Assembly: GCF_001194135.2 (NCBI RefSeq)
Contig: NC_068984.1
Span: 23,422,742-23,486,741, forward strand
Length of the DNA: 64,000 nt
From: Octopus bimaculoides
Lineage: Eukaryota
Direction: 5' to 3'
Shown: one piece after another, positions 59,201 through 64,000 of the stretch
How positions within the stretch are numbered: position 1 is the first letter of the stretch
Layout of the letters: every line of letters starts with the position of its first letter
Position numbers and translations under genes: made by a program
The notes under the pieces: model-generated
What the model was told of the DNA's origin: nothing
Database searches by the model: none
What the model saw: only the letters and a program-made list of their open reading frames with translations

Positions 59201-59933
59201 AAAAAAAACATATTAGGCAATGAATAATAATTGTCATCTTTATTTGAGGATAGTAAATTGATGGAATCAGTAAATGCCTTGTGGTGTTTAGTTACATCCA
59301 TTTACAAATTTAGTTCCAATCCTGTTGGGTCAACTTTGCAATTCACCCTTCTGGTGGGGTCAGTAAAATAAATACCATTCAAGTGCTGGGGTAGATGTGA
59401 CCAACTATACCCATTCCTCGAAATTTGAGGTGTTGTGCTCATGTTAGAATTTAATATTATTTTCTCATGTTTCAGATGGAAGACAGTTCAAGATATGAGT
59501 CATGAGAGAGCCACTATGTTATTTCTCAATTTGCTAGGAACAGGAGCCAAATCTCTCACAAATCACATCATACTGGACAATATAGTCTTCCACCATCATC
59601 ATTATCATCATCAATAAAACAACATCCATATTCCATACAGGCATGAGCAGGGAAATATTAAGGGATTCAATGGATCAAAAGACTGCATCATGCTACAGTG
59701 TTTGCTTTGGCATGGTTTCTATGGGTGGATGCTTTCTTAAAGCCAACCCCTTTACTGTGTATACAGTAAGCAGACATAAAATGATGATTTTGATGACGAC
59801 AATGATGCTGTTGATAGTATTGGTGGTGGCGGTGGTGGTGGTGTGCGTGTGGGTGTATTTTTGTTTACCATGTTCTTTGATAGGGTGAGAAGGGAGTCAC
59901 AACACAGAGTGTTGCAAGATTGCATCCAGACTG

Positions 59934-60142
59934 GCAGAAACGTTAGCACGCCGGGCGAAATGCTTGGCGGTATTTCGTCTGGCGCTACGCTCTGAGTTCA
60001 AATTCCGCCGAGGTCGACTTTGCCTTTCATCCTTTCGGGGTCGATAAACAAAGTACCAGTTACGCACTGGGACCGACTTAATCCCTTTGTCTGTCCTTGT
60101 TTGTCCCCTCTATGTTTAGCCCCTTGTGGGCAATAAAGAAAT
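59934..60142 (+). mobile_element. SINE family B copy, slightly 5'-truncated
   Basis: 18-bp TSD AAGATTGCATCCAGACTG (59916-59933 and 60143-60160). Confidence 0.9.
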
Positions 60143-60620
60143 AAGATTGCATCCAGACTGCTACAAGCAACACTGAGAAGTCCAGAGCAATTGTGGCAGA
60201 TGAGAAATGCCAAAGAAGAAAAGAGTCATCATCATGGCCCCCACATCTGACCAAAGCCTACGTATTTGCTCCAAGTGCACCAGAGCCTGTCATTCAAGGA
60301 TTGATTTATATTGTCACTTAAGGGCTTGCTGCACTTCCTCATGATCTTCAGACACAAAGAAATGCCATCATCATCATCATTATCATCATCATTTAATATC
60401 CGTCTTTCATGCAGGCATGGGTAGGACAGCTGACAGGAGCTGGCCAAGGAGAAGACTACCCCAGGCTATTGTGTCTGTTTTGGCAGGGGTTTTATGATTA
60501 GATGCCCTTCCTAACACCAACCACTCCACAGAGTAGACTGATATAATATGATATGCCATATCATATCATAATATATCTATCATCATCATCATCATCATCA
60601 TCATCGTTTAACGTCCGCTT

Positions 60621-60720
60621 NNNNNNNNNNNNNNNNNNNNNNNNNNNNNNNNNNNNNNNNNNNNNNNNNNNNNNNNNNNNNNNNNNNNNNNNNNNNNNNN
60701 NNNNNNNNNNNNNNNNNNNN
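60621..60720. other. Assembly gap of exactly 100 N (probably unknown size)
   Basis: Other N gaps at 19544-19775, 25853-26532, 34238-34484 and 35540-35890, mostly bounded by (TA)n. Confidence 0.95.
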
Positions 60721-61456
60721 CACGCTTTCATTGTTTTTCATTTGCACGAGCAACTTCAACAGTGGCACACACGCCAACACACACACACACTCACTCACGC
60801 ACACATATATAGATACATATACATACAAGTGAAAAGCAAAACCGATTGGTTGTCGGCTTTTATTTACCTAGCACCCATTATAAATTAGTGCCGATACTAC
60901 GCTCTTTACACGTTGATCTTTAGCAGAAAACATTTCCCATTTCGTGCACAGAATAGTGAACAGCTTCGCCTCTATTTCTGTTATCAACTACTGAATATCA
61001 GAATGCTGGGTATAGTTGGCAAATAAATTGTGCTATTTTATATCCGACCCTAAGGATATAGCGATCGTATCACATCATCACACCGGCATATAACAACATT
61101 CCATGTAAAGCGCTGGCGCACGAAATGTGAAATGTTTTCTGGTAAAGATGAACGTGTAAGAAACGCAGTAGCGTGACTTGCTGGTGGGAAGGAAAATAGG
61201 AAAAGTTCATAAGTCGTAATGAAAATGAAGTTCAATTGAGCAATGCTTCGGTATTAGTATACGACGTCAATGATGAGTTAAGTGCTGGTAGGAGTGTTTA
61301 ACTTTTCAGCATTGGGTTAGGGTTAGGCAGATGAAACATAATGTCACATACTTACTCACGATGTCATAGATTTTTAACGAAAGAATATCTGAAGTATATA
61401 AATTTAAAGAAAATAAAGTTATGAAAAAATAAAAAAGTTTTAGTATCAGTTTATAG

Positions 61457-61462
61457 TATAAA
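61457..61462 (+). promoter_or_regulatory. TATA-like element at about -30 of the 5S gene
   Basis: TATAAA 30 nt upstream of the 5S start, as described for molluscan 5S genes; the context is AT-rich, so chance is possible. Confidence 0.5.
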
Positions 61463-61486
61463 TAGATTAAAATTTACTACTCTAAT

Positions 61487-61606
61487 GTTTACGGCCACAT
61501 CACGTTGAAAGCACCGGTTCTCGTCCGATCACCGAAGTTAAGCAACATCGAGCCTAGTTAGTACTTAGATGGGTGACCGCTTGGGAACCCTAGGTGCTGT
61601 AAGCAT
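61487..61606 (+). rRNA. 5S rRNA gene or variant, solitary copy
   Basis: GTTTACGGCCACATCACGTTGAAAGCACCGGTTCTCGTCCGATCACCGAAGTTAAGCAAC...GTGCTGTAAGCAT. Helix I closes (GTTTAC/GTAAGC), helix IV pairs CCTAG/CTAGG, and an oligo-T Pol III terminator follows at 61611-61624. Confidence 0.93.
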
Positions 61607-61999
61607 TCTCTTTTTTTTTTTTTTAATCAAATTTTTTTTTTTAATCAAATTTTGAACGAATTGTAATTTGACTATATAATACTGTAAAAGATAGCGGATT
61701 CAATATATTTTCGTTATGGAATACAGAACGCATCCGCAGATTATCAAAATCCAGCGGGTGAGAGCCTCATGTAAACCTTTGTTGATTAACAGTTGTCCAC
61801 TTAATGTTACCAAAGTTTTTCTATGACGATGTTGAAAATAGCTTTCATGTCATAATTGTTCTGCAACTAACAACCAGAGAGAACAACAAATACTGCAAAA
61901 CATTCTCTCATATTTAAACGATTTGCAAATTCGTTAACTATATAAAGGGAGATAATTGAAAATGTGTTCAGTCATATCCCTTTGACCAATAAATATAAC

Positions 62000-62560
62000 G
62001 CATAACTTCAAGACAAAAACTTCATATACTTGTTCCAGGAGGGGTTGGTCTCATGGCCTTCACAGATCCTCGTCGCCGGTAAGATTGATGATGTTAACGT
62101 TCTACTAAATATTTTCGAGTCAGCTACAGAAAAAAGAAACGTGCATAAAGGAAAAAAAATCCAAACAAATAACGTTCTGAGAAGAAATCCATAGGTTCGA
62201 GCATGTCGTACCGGTGAGCGACTGCATAGCATCGGCTGGCTGGCTGTTCTTTGGTTGCAATCTCGGATATCTCTGTGTAGCAACAGAACTATCTCAGATG
62301 TCGGAAACCGACATCTCTTGCTGGAGAAGAAGGAAAGTATTTATGATGCCGTCTTTGCTAGGTTGAAGATATGCATTTGCCCGAAAAGATATTCAATGGT
62401 TCAGTAGAGCATTCAGGTAGAGGTGTGAGTGATGACTTATGTTCCTTGCTCTTCCAACGGACTTAGGTTTCTGCAGCAGCTTGATGCTAGTAGCGTTGCT
62501 TCTGGGAGTGAGAGGAGTGGTGTAACCTGGGCGGCACTTTAGAGTCTGATATATAAGTCA
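62000..62560 (-). mobile_element. Possible CR1/L2 endonuclease remnant
   Basis: Weak motif similarity only (NIINLTGD..). Confidence 0.3.
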
Positions 62561-62566
62561 GTATAG

Positions 62567-63155
62567 GGATCTTTTTTAAAACGGGGGCCACATTTTTCAT
62601 AAACGAAACACTTTGAAACTTGGAACACTGGTAGAATGTGTCATATAAAACATCTTTTTCTCTTAGTCTTCTTAAAAAAAAAAGAAATCCATAAGTTATT
62701 CCATGTTAAAGTTGTCGTATTTCTGTAATTTCAACCAATCACTGACGTCCATTCAGCCGATATACATTAAGTGCCGACTACATAAACAAACGATTCTGAA
62801 ACAATTAACCCTAACCCTAACCCTAACCCTAGGGTTAGGGTTAGGGTTAGGGTTAGGGTTAAAGCAAATTTAAAATGAAAAAAGCAAATAAAATGTCAGA
62901 AGTAATGGAGATTAAATACGCTTTACATCGCTTAATCAGACAAAGGAGTAAATGTAAACAACTGAATACTTGTCAGTGATTGGTTGAAATTATCGAAATA
63001 AGACAATTTTTTACATGAAATAAATTCGAATACAAAAATATTTTTCTGTTCTATAACACAAAATAGATAAGTATACGAAGTTTGAAAGTCTTTCCGTACC
63101 AAAAACACTACGTAAAACATTAATGAAAAACGTGGCCCCCGTTTTAAAATAGATC
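62567..63155. mobile_element. Foldback/MITE-like element with a central telomeric palindrome
   Basis: Terminal IR GGATCT(T/A)TTTTAAAACGGGG(G)CCAC; inner IR AATTTCAACCAATCACTGAC; centre (CCCTAA)4/(TTAGGG)5 at 62805-62862. No clear TSD. Confidence 0.8.
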
Positions 63156-63359
63156 CGAGAACTGTTATTCACAAAACTCATGAATCCTTCCTCTGTAAAT
63201 ACTGCGATCTTGGAAACGGTTGACCAGAGATTAGTTGAAAAAAAAAGAAAAGCACGTGCTTTAGCTCCCTTGGATGTTTCATCTCTTCTAGTGGTTCTTT
63301 CCACAGAGATAGTTGCATATGTAACTAGTTACTGAGTCGTTTTCGATCTAGTAACGGAA

Positions 63360-63720
63360 ATCAGTGTATCAAGTTGTTGTACTCTCATCCCTCTTATATG
63401 GATGTGAAATCTGGATGCTCCAGAAAATTCTCTTCAAGAACCTTGAACATTTCCACTTGCGAATTCTGCAATCGATCATGAGCTTCAGTCGGCAGGACCA
63501 GGTGGAAAATTTGGAATTGTTGGACAGACAGAGCCAATCTGGTCAGTTTTGAGACTATGTCACTGAAGGGTCTGCTACGCTGCACTGGACACATCGACTC
63601 CACCAAATATTCTATATCTGCCGACTCCACCAAATATTCTATATCTGGTCGATCAAAATAGAGATGTAAAGACAATATGAAAGTCTATTTGAAGACCTGT
63701 CTGTTCAAGAAAGCTGAAGT
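63360..63720 (+). mobile_element. RTE LINE fragment
   Basis: YQVVVLSSLLYGCEIW...LEHFHLRILQSIM; contains a 27-bp tandem duplication near 63595-63650. Confidence 0.7.
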
Positions 63721-64000
63721 CTTACTTTCTAAATAGAGCTAATTATTGTGTTATGAAAAAAAGTCTAAAAGATAAATCTACGTAGAGAATCGTAAATACA
63801 GGTGAACTTCTTCAAGGTACAAAATTCATATTGAAACAGAAACAAAAACACTACTAAATTATTTTAAAATCCTAAACAGTCTATTCTAACACCAAAACAC
63901 ACACACACGTACGTTCAATGCAAAAGGAAAATATCTCTCGCAAGATACACTCAACACGAACAATTATATTGTTGAGGTTAGAAAGTGAACAAGATACGTT

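Noticed and set aside
62805-62862. Telomere fusion scar or chromosome end
   Set aside because: The repeat order is opposite to an end-to-end fusion, the array is very short, and it sits inside a dispersed inverted-repeat element.

Overview
Repeat-dense, AT-rich eukaryotic DNA. The SINE/LINE repertoire and 5S sequence look cephalopod, most likely Octopus (inferred, not database-checked). One protein-coding gene can be reconstructed: a minus-strand MFS transporter of the SLC49A4/DIRC2 family with 12 coding exons spanning 20777-50338. Every intron is GT-AG, all phases match, and the CDS is 1449 nt (482 aa). A solitary 5S rRNA gene or variant lies at 61487-61606. The rest is mobile DNA: decayed mariner, DD37D-like, pogo/Tigger and hAT transposons, a probable solo LTR, RTE, R4/Dong-like, CR1/L2 and Penelope remnants, at least four SINE-like families, microsatellites and five N gaps. 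Three structures stand out: a ~730 bp intronic inverted repeat whose arms each carry a decayed minimal type I hammerhead ribozyme, a ~590 bp foldback element centred on an outward-facing telomeric palindrome, and a ~400 bp near-perfect hairpin.
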